Positions 1 through 10,217 of a stretch of DNA of 64,000 nt are shown piece by piece. Position 1 is the first letter of the stretch. The number at the start of each line of letters is the position of its first letter. A program made the position numbers and the translations under genes. Under the pieces are notes generated by a model. The model had not been told where the DNA came from and did no database searches. It saw only the letters and a program-made list of their open reading frames with translations. This DNA comes from an uncultured Verrucomicrobiae bacterium (GTDB lineage Bacteria; Verrucomicrobiota; Verrucomicrobiia; Chthoniobacterales; UBA10450). The DNA lies in the NCBI GenBank assembly GCA_963726745.1, contig CAVSDR010000002.1:128001-192000 (forward strand). Direction: 5' to 3'.

Positions 1-188
1 GCGCGGGCGGAGCGTCGGTTGAGACATTGTAGCCGTGGATTGCATTACGGCGACAGGTTACGCAGGCCGCGAGCGCCCTGCTGCCGTTCACTTGCTAATT
101 TTTAGCGGCCGGTTGCGCAGGCTCCCGCGGACGCGCAAGCGGACGCCGGTCTGGTTGTGATCACGCGTGCCGAAGATTACCGTGGCGC

Positions 189-665
189 ATGCGGACAAAC
201 CGGAACGCGTTCACGCTCATCGAGCTGGCGATTGCCGTTTTTATTCTGCTCATCATCCTGATGCTCGGCGTGCCGAGTTTAAACGGCGTGCTCGCCGATC
301 GCCGGCTGCGCCGCTCTTACGAGGGGCTGAACAATCTCGTGCGCCAGGCGCAGGAACGGGCGATCGCCGATCGCCGCACGTATCTGATTCGCTGGGATAA
401 AAAGCAAATCACGCTCGAGCCGGAAGCGCTGATCAAAGGCGAGAGCAAGGAGCCGGTGGCAACCCTCCCGCTACAAAAAGGCGACGCTTTCATTCTCCAG
501 TTGCCCGCGGCGTTGCTCCCGGAGCCGCCGGCCGAGTGGGCCTTTTGGCCGTCGGGCACCTGCGAGCCGGCGCGGGTGCAATTCAAAGGCGTGGACGGCA
601 GCTGGACGGCAACTTACTCCCCGCTAACCGCGCGCGGCGAGCTCACGAATTATGTCGCGCAATAA
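189..665 (+). CDS. gspH: Type II secretion minor pseudopilin, GspH/FimT-like
   Basis: Prepilin motif RNA|FTLIELAIAV plus hydrophobic helix; C-terminal FWPSGTC resembles the GspH F-x-P-x-G motif; first gene of the H-I-J-K series. Confidence 0.75.
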   Translation: MRTNRNAFTLIELAIAVFILLIILMLGVPSLNGVLADRRLRRSYEGLNNLVRQAQERAIADRRTYLIRWDKKQITLEPEALIKGESKEPVATLPLQKGDAFILQLPAALLPEPPAEWAFWPSGTCEPARVQFKGVDGSWTATYSPLTARGELTNYVAQ

Positions 666-1047
666 CCGCCGCGGCTTCGCGCTCTACGAAGTCCTCATCG
701 GGCTGACTATTTTTGTCGTGGGCGTGCTCGCGCTCGGGCGCTCGGTCGAGAATTGCATGAACGCGAGCGCGCTGAGCGAGCAGGAAGACCGGGTGCGCCA
801 GGCCTTGGCGAATCGCATGGCCGAGATCCAGGCGACGCCGGGACCGCCGGATGAGAAGCAGGAAGTGACCGTGGCCACTGGCTACGGCGAGGTGAAAATT
901 AGCCAGCAAACTGCGCCGGCCGGCTTGAAGGGCGAAAAGGACGTGGAGCTGGGCGGCTTGAACAAGGTCACCCTGACCGCAGCCTGGACGCGCAGTGGCG
1001 TGGCGCAAAAGCGCACGCTTCAATTCTATGTTTATCGCGCGGGTTAA
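652..1047 (+). CDS. gspI: Minor pseudopilin, GspI-like
   Basis: RRG|FALYEVLIGL prepilin motif, 131 aa, overlaps the end of gspH. Confidence 0.7.
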   Translation: MSRNNRRGFALYEVLIGLTIFVVGVLALGRSVENCMNASALSEQEDRVRQALANRMAEIQATPGPPDEKQEVTVATGYGEVKISQQTAPAGLKGEKDVELGGLNKVTLTAAWTRSGVAQKRTLQFYVYRAG

Positions 1048-1667
1048 GCAGCGGCGGCGGCAGCGCGGTTGGGCCTTCACGCTGCTCGAGATCATGCTCG
1101 CGGTCGGCATCCTCGGGATGATGGCGCTGGCGATTTATCGCTTTGTGCAGACGAACATCATCGCGCTGCGCATCTCCGCGGAGAACAGCGTCGTCGACGC
1201 GCAGTATTCCGGCTTCGAGCGTCTGCTGAGCACGCAGTGGCAAAGCCTCCCGCCGGGAACGGGCGCGCTTCTCGGCGAGCCGTTTAAGTTTAACGACAAG
1301 CCGCGCGACGAGATCACCTGGACGGCGAGTGCGGGCGCCCGGCGTGCTCACGCGTTACGCAGCGGGGGAATTTAGTGTGAGCATGCGGCTGCGGCCGGTG
1401 TCGAAGGAAAGCAACAAGATGGAAATTGGGTTGCTGCGAAAGCCGCGGGGCGAGACCGACACCGTGACCGAAAACGAAAGCTGGATTCCGCTGCTGCCGG
1501 ACGTGCAGAGCTTGCAGATTCGCTACTTCGATCCGCGGCTGAACACCTGGGTCGATCGCTGGACGGACACGCTCGTCCTGCCGCGCCTGGTCAAGCTCAC
1601 GATCGCGCGCACGAACGACTCCGTGCCGTGGGAATCGATCATCGCCCTCGGGAGAACCCCGTTATGA
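1028..1667 (+). CDS. gspJ: Minor pseudopilin, GspJ-like (frameshift near 1335-1345)
   Basis: WA|FTLLEIMLAVG N-terminus in ORF 995..1375; GspJ-type C-terminus LQIRYFD...WVDRW...LPRLVKLTI in ORF 1329..1667. Confidence 0.75.
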
Positions 1668-2569
1668 AAGCGCTGGCTAATTCCCGCAGCGGCGCGGCGC
1701 TGATGCTCTCGCTTTGGGCGCTCTTTGTCCTGAGCGCGATGATTATTTCCTGGGCCCTGAACATCAACGCCCGCCTGGTGAACAACGGCCGCGACGCGCG
1801 CGCGCTCGAAGCCGAGGCGATGGCGTGCTCGGGCAGCGAGATTGCCTTGCACCCGGCGGTAAACGCCAGCTCGGCCGCGCTCCACGGCCGCATCAGCCCC
1901 ACGCAAAGTTACGATGCGCGGATCACAGGGGAAGGCGGGCGGCTCAACATCAATTGGGTGGTCGCAGGGGAAAACCCGCAGCGGCTCGAACTGCTCCGGC
2001 GTTTCCTGGAAGTGAAGGGGATCGACTTGAACGAACGCGAACACATGATCGACACCCTGCTCGACTGGGTGGATGCGGATAATCTGGTGCGGCTCAATGG
2101 CGCCGAGGAGGAACCAAATTACCATCCGATGAACACGCTCTTCGCCCGGTTGGACGACCTGAAGCGCGTCCGCGGCTGGGAGGAATTCACTTCGCGGCCG
2201 GATTGGGATGCAGAGCTTACGGTCAACAGCACCGGCCCGATCGACCTGCTCTGGGCCTCACGCGACCTTTTGCTTTCGCTCCCGGGAGTCAACGAACAAT
2301 TAGTCGACCAGTTCCTGAAACTGCGCGCTGGGCCGGATGAGATCGAAGGCACAGAGGACGACGCGGAGTTCAAATCGATCGACGAAGTGCGGCAGGCGCT
2401 TGGTTTTTCCACGGAACAGTTTAAACCCATTGCGCCGCTGGTTGGGTTTAAGGACCAAATCCTGCGTGTGACTAGCGTGGGAAGGTCTGGCGAGGTCACG
2501 CGCACTGTGCAAATGATCGTGCGCAAGGCCGGGAACGTGCCGCAATTAATCTCTTGGAAGGAAATCTAA
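1664..2569 (+). CDS. gspK: Minor pseudopilin GspK
   Basis: RSG|AALMLSLW N-terminus; EGGRLNIN, LLDWVDAD and GAEE motifs; helix-hairpin-helix LLSLPGV. Confidence 0.85.
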   Translation: MKALANSRSGAALMLSLWALFVLSAMIISWALNINARLVNNGRDARALEAEAMACSGSEIALHPAVNASSAALHGRISPTQSYDARITGEGGRLNINWVVAGENPQRLELLRRFLEVKGIDLNEREHMIDTLLDWVDADNLVRLNGAEEEPNYHPMNTLFARLDDLKRVRGWEEFTSRPDWDAELTVNSTGPIDLLWASRDLLLSLPGVNEQLVDQFLKLRAGPDEIEGTEDDAEFKSIDEVRQALGFSTEQFKPIAPLVGFKDQILRVTSVGRSGEVTRTVQMIVRKAGNVPQLISWKEI

Positions 2570-3807
2570 AATTCGATGCGGCCCAGGCGCCGGTATTTCT
2601 CGTGCCCGCGGCGCAAGGCTGGAACGTCGTGCGCGCTTCGAGCAACAACGGCCATTGGGATGTGGATGCGGTCGGGTCGATCGAGGAATCGCTCCCGTTC
2701 TTAGCCGGTCGGAAGAACCTCGTGCTCGCGCTGCCCGTGAGCGCCATCCTCGCGCAGCGCCTCCGATTGCCGAACACGGAGCCGGAGGAATTCTCCGAGA
2801 TGGTCCGCATCCAGGTGGAGAAAGCGCTCCCCTATGCACCCGAGGAGGTGACGACTGATTTTGAGATCATCGATCAATCCGAAGAGGGGAGCGTAGTCTC
2901 CGCGATCGCGGTGCATAACGAGCGACTCTCCGAGCTGGCCGCGCCTCTGCTGGCGCGTGGGATCATTCCTCGCCAGGTCACGGTCTACGCTGCGCAACGT
3001 GCCGCGACCCACGCCGCGGATGGCCGGGCGTTTCTCATTTACCAGGAAGACGACGCGCTCGTGTGCGCGATCACGGAGGAGGGGAAGGTCGGCTTTACGC
3101 GCGCGCTCGAGGGCCAGGATGGCGGGCAACTGCAGCGCGACCTTCCGCAGTTCGCCCTCAGCGCGGAACTTCAGGGGATCAACACCGCGGTGCCGCTGGT
3201 CTTGCTCGATCAGAATTTGCTCGAGATGCGCGAGGCGGTGCAGGGCATGTTCAGCGCGCGCGCGGACATGATCTCGCTGGAAACGCCCCCAGCCGCGACC
3301 AAGCTCAACCTCCTGCCCGAAAGCTGGCGGCGGCGGAGCGCGGAACTGGAGCGCCAGGCGCAATGGAAGCAGCGTCTCCTCTGGGCCGGCGCGCTCTACG
3401 GCGCCTTCGTCTTGCTCGTTGCGCTTTACGTCGGGTTCCTCCGCTACCAGGTCGGGCGGCTCGAGCGCCGCCTCGCCAAGGATGAGCCGCAGACGGCCTT
3501 CGTGAAGAAGATGGACGCCACCTGGAAGGCGCTTGCGCCCGCGATCGATCCGCATTTTTACCCGATCGAGGTGCTGCTGAACATCTACCAAAGTCTCCCG
3601 TCGCCCGACGTGCAGATCACCTCCTTTAACCAATCGGCCCGGCAGGTTTCGATCGATGGCGAAGCGCCCAACGCGGCCATGGCTTACCAGTTTGCCGATG
3701 CGGTGAAGAAAAACCCCGACCTGAAAACGTTCCAATTCGAGATGGCCGCCCCGCGCATCCTGCCGAACGAACACGCGCAGTTTCGTCTGGAGGGAAAACC
3801 GAAATGA
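2554..3807 (+). CDS. GspL/PilM-PilN-like assembly platform protein
   Basis: Actin-like N-terminal part (EKALPY), conserved LNLLP before a TM helix, PilN-like C-terminal domain. Confidence 0.7.
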   Translation: MEGNLKFDAAQAPVFLVPAAQGWNVVRASSNNGHWDVDAVGSIEESLPFLAGRKNLVLALPVSAILAQRLRLPNTEPEEFSEMVRIQVEKALPYAPEEVTTDFEIIDQSEEGSVVSAIAVHNERLSELAAPLLARGIIPRQVTVYAAQRAATHAADGRAFLIYQEDDALVCAITEEGKVGFTRALEGQDGGQLQRDLPQFALSAELQGINTAVPLVLLDQNLLEMREAVQGMFSARADMISLETPPAATKLNLLPESWRRRSAELERQAQWKQRLLWAGALYGAFVLLVALYVGFLRYQVGRLERRLAKDEPQTAFVKKMDATWKALAPAIDPHFYPIEVLLNIYQSLPSPDVQITSFNQSARQVSIDGEAPNAAMAYQFADAVKKNPDLKTFQFEMAAPRILPNEHAQFRLEGKPK

Positions 3808-4346
3808 CGCCCGCCTTTCTCCAGCGAATGAATCCGCGCGAGCGCGTGCTTGCCCTGGTCATCGGCAGCCTGCTCTTCTTGCTGATTAATCTTTACCTCT
3901 GGTCGTCGCTCCTCGGCGCCTTGCGCGCCGCCCGCGCGGAGATGGCCGAGCGCCAGGGGTTGCGCGCCCAGCAGCAGGTTTTCCTGCGCGAGCGGAAGCT
4001 TTGGGAGAAGCGCGCCGACTGGCTGGCGAAACATCAGCCGGTGATGAAGAGCCCGGTCGAAGCCTCGACCTTGCTCGACGAGGTCAAGCAGGCCGCGGGC
4101 AAGAACAAGATCGTGATCGAAAATCCGGTGATCGGCGCGAGCGAGGCGACTCCAAATTACCAAGCCGTCTTCGCCTCGGTCGAAACCAAGAGCGGCTGGC
4201 CGCCCCTGGTGCGCTTCCTTTACGATGTGCAACAGCCGGATAAATTTGTCGTCTTCGAAAGCGTGAACCTGCAGATCGATTCGGCCGACCCCACGAGCAT
4301 GCGGGGCAAGTTCAAGATCGCCCGCTGGTTCGCTCCCAAGAAATGA
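3804..4346 (+). CDS. GspM/PilO-like protein
   Basis: NPRERVL followed by a TM helix; LVRFLYDVQ pattern; position after the GspL-like gene. Confidence 0.65.
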   Translation: MTPAFLQRMNPRERVLALVIGSLLFLLINLYLWSSLLGALRAARAEMAERQGLRAQQQVFLRERKLWEKRADWLAKHQPVMKSPVEASTLLDEVKQAAGKNKIVIENPVIGASEATPNYQAVFASVETKSGWPPLVRFLYDVQQPDKFVVFESVNLQIDSADPTSMRGKFKIARWFAPKK

Positions 4347-5020
4347 GAACTCGCCGGCTGTTTTTGGTTTCGTTAGGCAGTGCCGCCCTGGCGGCGATCG
4401 CCGTCCGCGCGGCGGACGATCTTCCGCAGGGTCAGGCCTTCGCGCGCTACGAGCCGATGATGAACCGCTCGCCTTTCGCGGTCGCCACCGCGGCCACCCC
4501 GCCGCCGCAGGCGCCGAACTTCGCCAAGGATCTCTACATCGCGAACGCGGCGAAATTGGCCGACGAAGCGGTGGTCACGCTTTCCTCAAACGTCGACAAG
4601 AGCCTCAAGGAATTCCTCAGCACCAAGGCCCCGAATAAATCCGGCTACAGCATTTCGAACATCGAGTGGTCCGATCGCGTCGGCGCGACCAAGGTCACGA
4701 TCACGAAAGACGGGCAGGTTGCGACCTTGTCCTTTAATGAAGCGCTGCTGGCGCAACCAGTCGGCAATCATGCCATGCCGCAGCAACCGCAAGCCCAGCC
4801 GCAAGTGCAAGCCGTGCCGCAAGGCATCCCCGCCCAGCAATTGCCCGCGCCCGGCCAGCAGATCCCGCAGCCGGCGCCGAACTTCAATCAAACCACCATC
4901 CGTCCCGCGCCGATTCCGACATTGCCCACGCCGCCACCGCGCGTCCGCGGCGTCATCCGTCGCAACGCCGACAACGTTCCCGCCACGCCCGATCCCCAAG
5001 GCTTAATGCAGGAGCAGTAA
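4343..5020 (+). CDS. Exported hypothetical protein with Gln/Pro-rich tail (possible GspC/PilP-like)
   Basis: Signal peptide, RSPF motif, low-complexity QP tail; ATG overlaps the previous stop. Confidence 0.55.
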   Translation: MRTRRLFLVSLGSAALAAIAVRAADDLPQGQAFARYEPMMNRSPFAVATAATPPPQAPNFAKDLYIANAAKLADEAVVTLSSNVDKSLKEFLSTKAPNKSGYSISNIEWSDRVGATKVTITKDGQVATLSFNEALLAQPVGNHAMPQQPQAQPQVQAVPQGIPAQQLPAPGQQIPQPAPNFNQTTIRPAPIPTLPTPPPRVRGVIRRNADNVPATPDPQGLMQEQ

Positions 5021-5046
5021 GCGCGCGGCGCCGAAGTGCTCCGCAC

Positions 5047-5084
5047 GTTATCTCGAGCGCAGCGAAGCGAAGTCGAGAGACCCC
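5047..5084. repeat. REP-like short palindromic element
   Basis: GTTA-TCTCGA-GCGCAGCGAAGCGAAG-TCGAGA-GACCCC hairpin between convergent genes. Confidence 0.45.
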
Positions 5085-5150
5085 GAGGCTGTAGGGCGAC
5101 TTCCGCAAGTTGCCGGCTAAATTAGCCAGCAAGATCACCGCGGAGAGACG

Positions 5151-5609
5151 CTAGTTGCCCCAGTTGTCGTCGGCCGTGTCCGGCTTCCGATCGGGCCCCG
5201 CGGAATAGAGATCGAACCCTGTCGGGTTCTTCCGGCCGGGGGAATAGTAGATGTAGTTATTTCCCCACGGGTCCTGCGGCAGTTCCTTGAAGAGCTGATA
5301 CCAGCGCGTCGGCTTCGGATCAGTTTCCGGTGGCGTCACCAGCGCCTGCAAGCCCTGCTCCGTTGTCGGCAGGAAACCGTTTACGCTTTCGTAAAGCTTC
5401 AGTTGAGTCGAGATCGATTGGACATCGGCGCGCACGCGCATGTCCTTGGCCACGCCGGTGGTGTTGCCCAATTTGGAAACGGCCACGCCCAGAATGATCA
5501 CGATGATGCCCACTACGAGCATGATCTCGAGGAGGGTAAAACCGGCCTGCCCGCGACGAGCGGAGCGCAGGGTTATTTCGGATCGAGAAGGTAGTCGGAT
5601 TTTTCCCAC
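5151..5609 (-). CDS. gspG: Major pseudopilin GspG
   Basis: AG|FTLLEIMLVV; PTTEQGLQALV, DPWGNNY and DLYSAGPD motifs; exact start uncertain. Confidence 0.95.
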   Translation of the reverse strand: MGKIRLPSRSEITLRSARRGQAGFTLLEIMLVVGIIVIILGVAVSKLGNTTGVAKDMRVRADVQSISTQLKLYESVNGFLPTTEQGLQALVTPPETDPKPTRWYQLFKELPQDPWGNNYIYYSPGRKNPTGFDLYSAGPDRKPDTADDNWGN

Positions 5610-6631
5610 AAGTATTTCAGTTGAATTTGCGTCGCGCGAATCGCCGCGGCCGGGGTGCCGGGCGCGCCGAGGACAATCACATCATTTGTCCCCGCTCTCA
5701 AATGCCGCGCGGGCACGAGCAGCTGCGCGCGCAGCCAGCCGGTGTAGCGGAAACGCATTCCGTCGACTAAACGCCGGGCCTCGCCGCGGTAAGCGGGATC
5801 GGCCAAGTCCGTGAGCACGAGCGAAACTTTGCCGACATTTTCACCGTTCACATAGACCACCGGCGGCGCGTCGACGCGCGCGCTCGCGATTTCAAAAGTG
5901 AGCAGCGCCGCCACCGGCTGGCTCTCGATCCCGAACCGGAAAGCGGCGCCTTCCGCCATCGTCGGCCCGATGCGGATGGTCTCCTGCGCGAGCGTGGCGG
6001 TGACGGTGCCGAAAGTTTCCGTGTCCTGCTCCGGCGAATGCAGCGGCGAGGTGGCCGCGAAACGCTCCGGCAAAACCTCGTGCTCCTCCGCCCCCAGGGG
6101 CTGGGCCACGCGGCGGCTCGACATCCAGTCGAGGTAAAGCCCGCGCACGTTTTTGCCGTCGCCATTGACCTCGACGTCGATGCAGCTCACGCCCAGCATC
6201 GGCAGGATGACGCTGTCGGAAGTGGGCAATTCAATCCCGGCGCCGAGCGCAGTCGAGCGGAGAATTTGCGAGCCCGATTCATCCCAAATGATCACGATTG
6301 GCTGCTGATCTTTTTTGTCGTCGAAGAAGAGCCGCAGCAAGAGGAGCTGGAGGTCGCTGCGCGGATGGGCGACGCGAATCCGGAAGACGGTGCGTGCGGG
6401 CGCGTCGCCCTTTGCAGCGAGGGGCACGAGCGTGACTGCCTCGACCCAGTTCGGCGTGCTTTGCGGAGTGGAATGCGTGGCGGCGGTCTGGCGGAGATCG
6501 ATCCAGGCGCTCGGGGCAATTAGCGGCGTGGCATTCGGCCGCCCGGCCAAACCTTGGCCGATCGCTTCCTGCGCGCGCACCGTTCCGCCGGCGCAAAGGA
6601 GCGCGAAGCCCAGAAAGAGGCGGAGCAACAT
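5573..6631 (-). CDS. Exported hypothetical protein, beta-rich
   Basis: 352-aa ORF with a signal peptide, between gspF and gspG. Confidence 0.7.
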   Translation of the reverse strand: MLLRLFLGFALLCAGGTVRAQEAIGQGLAGRPNATPLIAPSAWIDLRQTAATHSTPQSTPNWVEAVTLVPLAAKGDAPARTVFRIRVAHPRSDLQLLLLRLFFDDKKDQQPIVIIWDESGSQILRSTALGAGIELPTSDSVILPMLGVSCIDVEVNGDGKNVRGLYLDWMSSRRVAQPLGAEEHEVLPERFAATSPLHSPEQDTETFGTVTATLAQETIRIGPTMAEGAAFRFGIESQPVAALLTFEIASARVDAPPVVYVNGENVGKVSLVLTDLADPAYRGEARRLVDGMRFRYTGWLRAQLLVPARHLRAGTNDVIVLGAPGTPAAAIRATQIQLKYLWEKSDYLLDPK

Positions 6632-6646
6632 CGCGGCGATGCTAAC

Positions 6647-7900
6647 TCAACGCGGACGCACCTGTAAACTGCTCGTCATTTCAAAGACGGCGCTGAGGAT
6701 GCTGAAGACAACGAAGCCGACCACGATCGCGATGATCACGATGATCACCGGGGGGATGAGCGCAGAGATGATTTTAACCGTGCGATCGAGCTCACGCTCG
6801 TAGACATCGGCGATCGCGCCCATGGTCTGCGCGAAGTGGCCGGTCTGCTCACCCACCGCCATCATGTCGGTGAAGAGTTCCGGGAAAAGCTCCTGCTGCG
6901 CGAGCGCCACCGAGAGATTCGCGCCGTCGATCACCGCCCTGCGCACGTCTGTTAGTTTCCGCTCGAGGTAACGGTTGCCGGCAATCTCGGTGACCAGGTC
7001 GAGCGCTTTCAAGAGCGGTACGCCGTTCTCCATCAAGGTCCCGAGCGTGCGCGAAAATTGCGCGTAGTAGCTGTGCTTGATCACCCGCCCATAGCCCGGC
7101 GCGGAGAGCCGCAGACGATCGAGCGCGACTCGCCCTTCCTCCGTGCGCGCGTAGGCGCGCACGCCGATAAACGTGCCCACGGCCACGATCGCCGCGATCC
7201 ACCAATAAGTCGTTAGGGCATGGTGAAAGGCCACCAGCAGGCGCGTGGGCAGCGGCAGCTCGCCGCCATTCTGCGACATGAACTGCGTCAGCTGCGGAAC
7301 CATGAAGGTGATGAAAATAGTCATCAAGATGGCGCCGGCGACTGCCAGAAAGGCGGGATAAATCAGCGCCTGTTGCACCCGGTCGCGCAGATTTTTTGCC
7401 TGCATCAAATGCTCCACCAAACGGCGCAAAATCTCCGAGAGCGCACCGCTCGCTTCGCCCGCGGCGATCAGGTTCACGTAGATCGCCGGGAAGATGCGCG
7501 GGAAATCGCGCAAGGCCTGAGAGAAGCTGCGGCCATCGATCAGCGCCTGGTGCAGGGCCGAGGTCATCTGCTGCACGCGCGGATGCTTCAGGCGCTTCCG
7601 CAAAACCGCAAGCCCTTCGTCCAAGGTCATACCTGCCTGGAGCAGATGCGCGAGTTGCTCGGTAAAGATGAGGAGCTGGGTGTGCGGAATCTTGAGGCTC
7701 TGCGTCGCCGCGGGCACCACCGCGCTGGCCGCCGGCGCGCTGGTTACGACTTGCGGCGCGCCGCCGATCGCCTCGATGCGCACCGGGATGTATTGCAGTT
7801 GCTCGATTTGCCGGATGGCCATGCCGCGATCCGCGCAATCGAGCGTCCCTTCCACCAGGCCGCCCTGCAGGTTGCGCGCGCGATAGGAAAACTGTGGCAT
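6647..7900 (-). CDS. gspF: T2SS inner membrane platform protein GspF/PilC
   Basis: Start MPQFSYRA at 7900; FTEQLAHLLQAG, AGEASGAL, ALIYP and VGEQTG motifs. Confidence 0.95.
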   Translation of the reverse strand: MPQFSYRARNLQGGLVEGTLDCADRGMAIRQIEQLQYIPVRIEAIGGAPQVVTSAPAASAVVPAATQSLKIPHTQLLIFTEQLAHLLQAGMTLDEGLAVLRKRLKHPRVQQMTSALHQALIDGRSFSQALRDFPRIFPAIYVNLIAAGEASGALSEILRRLVEHLMQAKNLRDRVQQALIYPAFLAVAGAILMTIFITFMVPQLTQFMSQNGGELPLPTRLLVAFHHALTTYWWIAAIVAVGTFIGVRAYARTEEGRVALDRLRLSAPGYGRVIKHSYYAQFSRTLGTLMENGVPLLKALDLVTEIAGNRYLERKLTDVRRAVIDGANLSVALAQQELFPELFTDMMAVGEQTGHFAQTMGAIADVYERELDRTVKIISALIPPVIIVIIAIVVGFVVFSILSAVFEMTSSLQVRPR

Positions 7901-7946
7901 GAACGCGCCCACCCTAGCACAGGCGCCCGCCGCGTGCAGGGCCGCT

Positions 7947-10162
7947 CTAGGGCGCGGGCACTTCTGGCGCGAGGAGGAAACGCAGCTCCCGCTCGTATTC
8001 CGGCTTCGCCTTGGCGGCGGCTTCCGCAAGCGTCTTCGCGGCCTCGGTTTGCCCGGTGGATTGCGCGTAGACCGCAGCCAGCCATTGCCGCTCCGCCGCG
8101 TCGGGCGCGCCCGGGCGAATGAAGGCGTTCGACATCGCGAGCAAGGTCGCGGGCGCGAGGCGATCCCATTTGAACGGCGCCCCGCCATAGGGCGCAATGC
8201 GCAGGGTAATTTCCGCGCCGTTCGCGCCAACCACGCCTTGATAAGTCGTCGCGCCCACCGTCACCGGAGTCGCGATAGCGCCCGCCTTGCAGATCGGCGA
8301 TCAGGCGCGCCTTCCACTCGGTCAGCCAGGTCGGGCGGCGGCGGGCAAACTCCGCGGCGGCTTCCTTTTCATGCGCAGCGGTTTCCTCTTTTGCAAGGCG
8401 CTCGGCGCTGGTCGCGAGGCGCTGCGCTTCATCGTTGAGGAAGGCGCCGAGCGCCGCGTCGTCGCGCGCGCGCTCCTGCAGCGCGCGCAATTTTTCCAGG
8501 GCCGACTGCGCCACGGCCGCGGTCGTGAGGCGCTGCGGAATGGCCTTGGCCTCGGCATAGACAGCGTGATCCGCGAGGAACTTGCGCGCAAGCGGTTGAT
8601 AGTCGGCGATCCACTTTTGCTCGTTAGGCGGCGTCGCTCTCGGCGAATTTCCGCAGGTAAGCCGCGGCCTCGTCGAACTCGCGCAGCTGCCAGTCTTTCA
8701 CCCCGTAAAGGAAGAGCGCGAAACTGTTCCAGCCCGTGGCCTCGGCCTCGGCCGCGCCGCGCACCGGGCCGCTGCCGGCGAGGGCGCGCGCGGTCTCGGT
8801 GAAGAAGCGCGGGAGATCGGACTCGGCCGGCTTCGCAGAGAAGGCGGCGCTCCGCTGGAGCTGCTCGAAGCTGTCGCGCGCGGGCGCGATTTTAGCCTGC
8901 AACATCTGGGCGAGCCCGAGGTGGAGCCGGGCCCAGTTTTGCAACGGTTGTCGGTCGCCCGCTTCCTTGATTAGCTTCGTGAAGCTGGCGGTCGCGGCTT
9001 CCAATTTGCCGTCTAATAATTGCCGGCGCGCTTCCTCGTAGCGCTGCTGGAGCGCGGTGCTGTTGTCGGCCCCCGGCAGCGGGCGTGCCCGGCGCCACCG
9101 CGGCGGACGGGGCCGCCGGCTTGCGATGAAGCCAATAATAGCCGCCGCACCCGCGAGGAGCGCCAGACTAACGAGACCAATGACCATCGGCTTGAGCCAC
9201 GAGCGTTCCGCCGGCGCGCTCCCATCCGCCGGGAGCGCGCGCCAGGCGCGGCGCAATTCATCGACCAGGTGCGCGTAGGAAGTAAAGCGGTTCGCCGGGT
9301 CCGGGCGGAGCATGCGGTCGATCACGAGCGCGGTTTCCTTCGACACTTCCGGCGCGAGCGAGCGCAGGCTGGGCGGCGCGCTTTTTAGCCGGCGCAATTC
9401 CGCGGCCGAGGTGGTCTCCGCTTCCATCGGCGGGCGGCCGGCGAGCGCGTGAAAGAGGGTCGCGCCGAGGCTGTAGATATCGCTGCGAAAATCCTCCGGC
9501 GCATTGTCCAGGCGCTCAGGTGCGACATAGTAGGGCGTGCCCCAAATCTCCTGCTGCGCTTCGGCGTGTTGTTCCGCCGCGCCGGCGAGACCGAAATCGC
9601 CGATCTTCGCGGTCCGCGCATCGGAGAAGAGGATGTTGGCCGGTTTAACGTCGCGATGAATCAAACCCTTTTCATGCGCCGCCTCCAGCCCGCGCGCGAC
9701 CTGGATGCCGGTCTCGAGCACCTGCCGCTCGGGCACGCGAGCGTGCTGCGCCATCAAGTCGTCGAGGCTCCCGTGATCGACCAATTCCATCACCAGGTAG
9801 ATCTGCCCGTGCGCCGTGCCCGAGGAGTAAAGCTGGACGACGTTGGGATGATTGATCGCCGCAGTCACGCGCGCTTCCTGTTCCAAACGCGCCGCCTCCG
9901 CGGGATCGGCGCTCAAATCTTTACGCAGCAACTTGAGGGCAACGAAGCGGCCCAGCCGCGTGTCCTGCGCCTTGTAAACCGAGCCCATCCCGCCCACGCC
10001 GAGGGTTTCGGTGAGCTTGAAATTATCGAAGGCCGTCTCGACGCGGAATTTTTCCCCGCACTGCGGGCAGGCGATCTTCGCCAGCGGTTCCGCTTCGGAG
10101 ACATCGACCGCAGTGCCGCACGCGGGACAGGTTTGCGGCGGCACTTGGAGAGCGTCGGGCAT
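7947..10162 (-). CDS. Membrane Ser/Thr protein kinase with N-terminal zinc ribbon and helical C-terminal region (frameshifts near 8635 and 8275)
   Basis: CPAC/CPQC; GVGGMGSV, VALK, HRDVKPAN, DFG, APE; TM helix; past the apparent stop at 8624 another frame reads PPNEQKWIADYQPLARKF into ORFs 7744..8514 and 7947..8264. Confidence 0.85.
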
Positions 10163-10217
10163 TGTGATCGCGTATCATTCGCGCGATTCCGCGAAAAGAC
10201 CAGCACGGGCCGCAAGC

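Noticed and set aside
1..27. Possible start of a minus-strand gene (MSQPTLRPR) leaving the window
   Set aside because: Too short to support.
4770..4940. Gln/Pro-rich repeats as a tandem DNA repeat
   Set aside because: A low-complexity protein linker with no regular nucleotide unit.
8621..8629. Stop-codon readthrough or recoding at GCC-TAA-CGA in the kinase
   Set aside because: The protein continues in a different frame (PPNEQKW...), so an indel just upstream explains it; other genes end normally at TAA/TAG/TGA.
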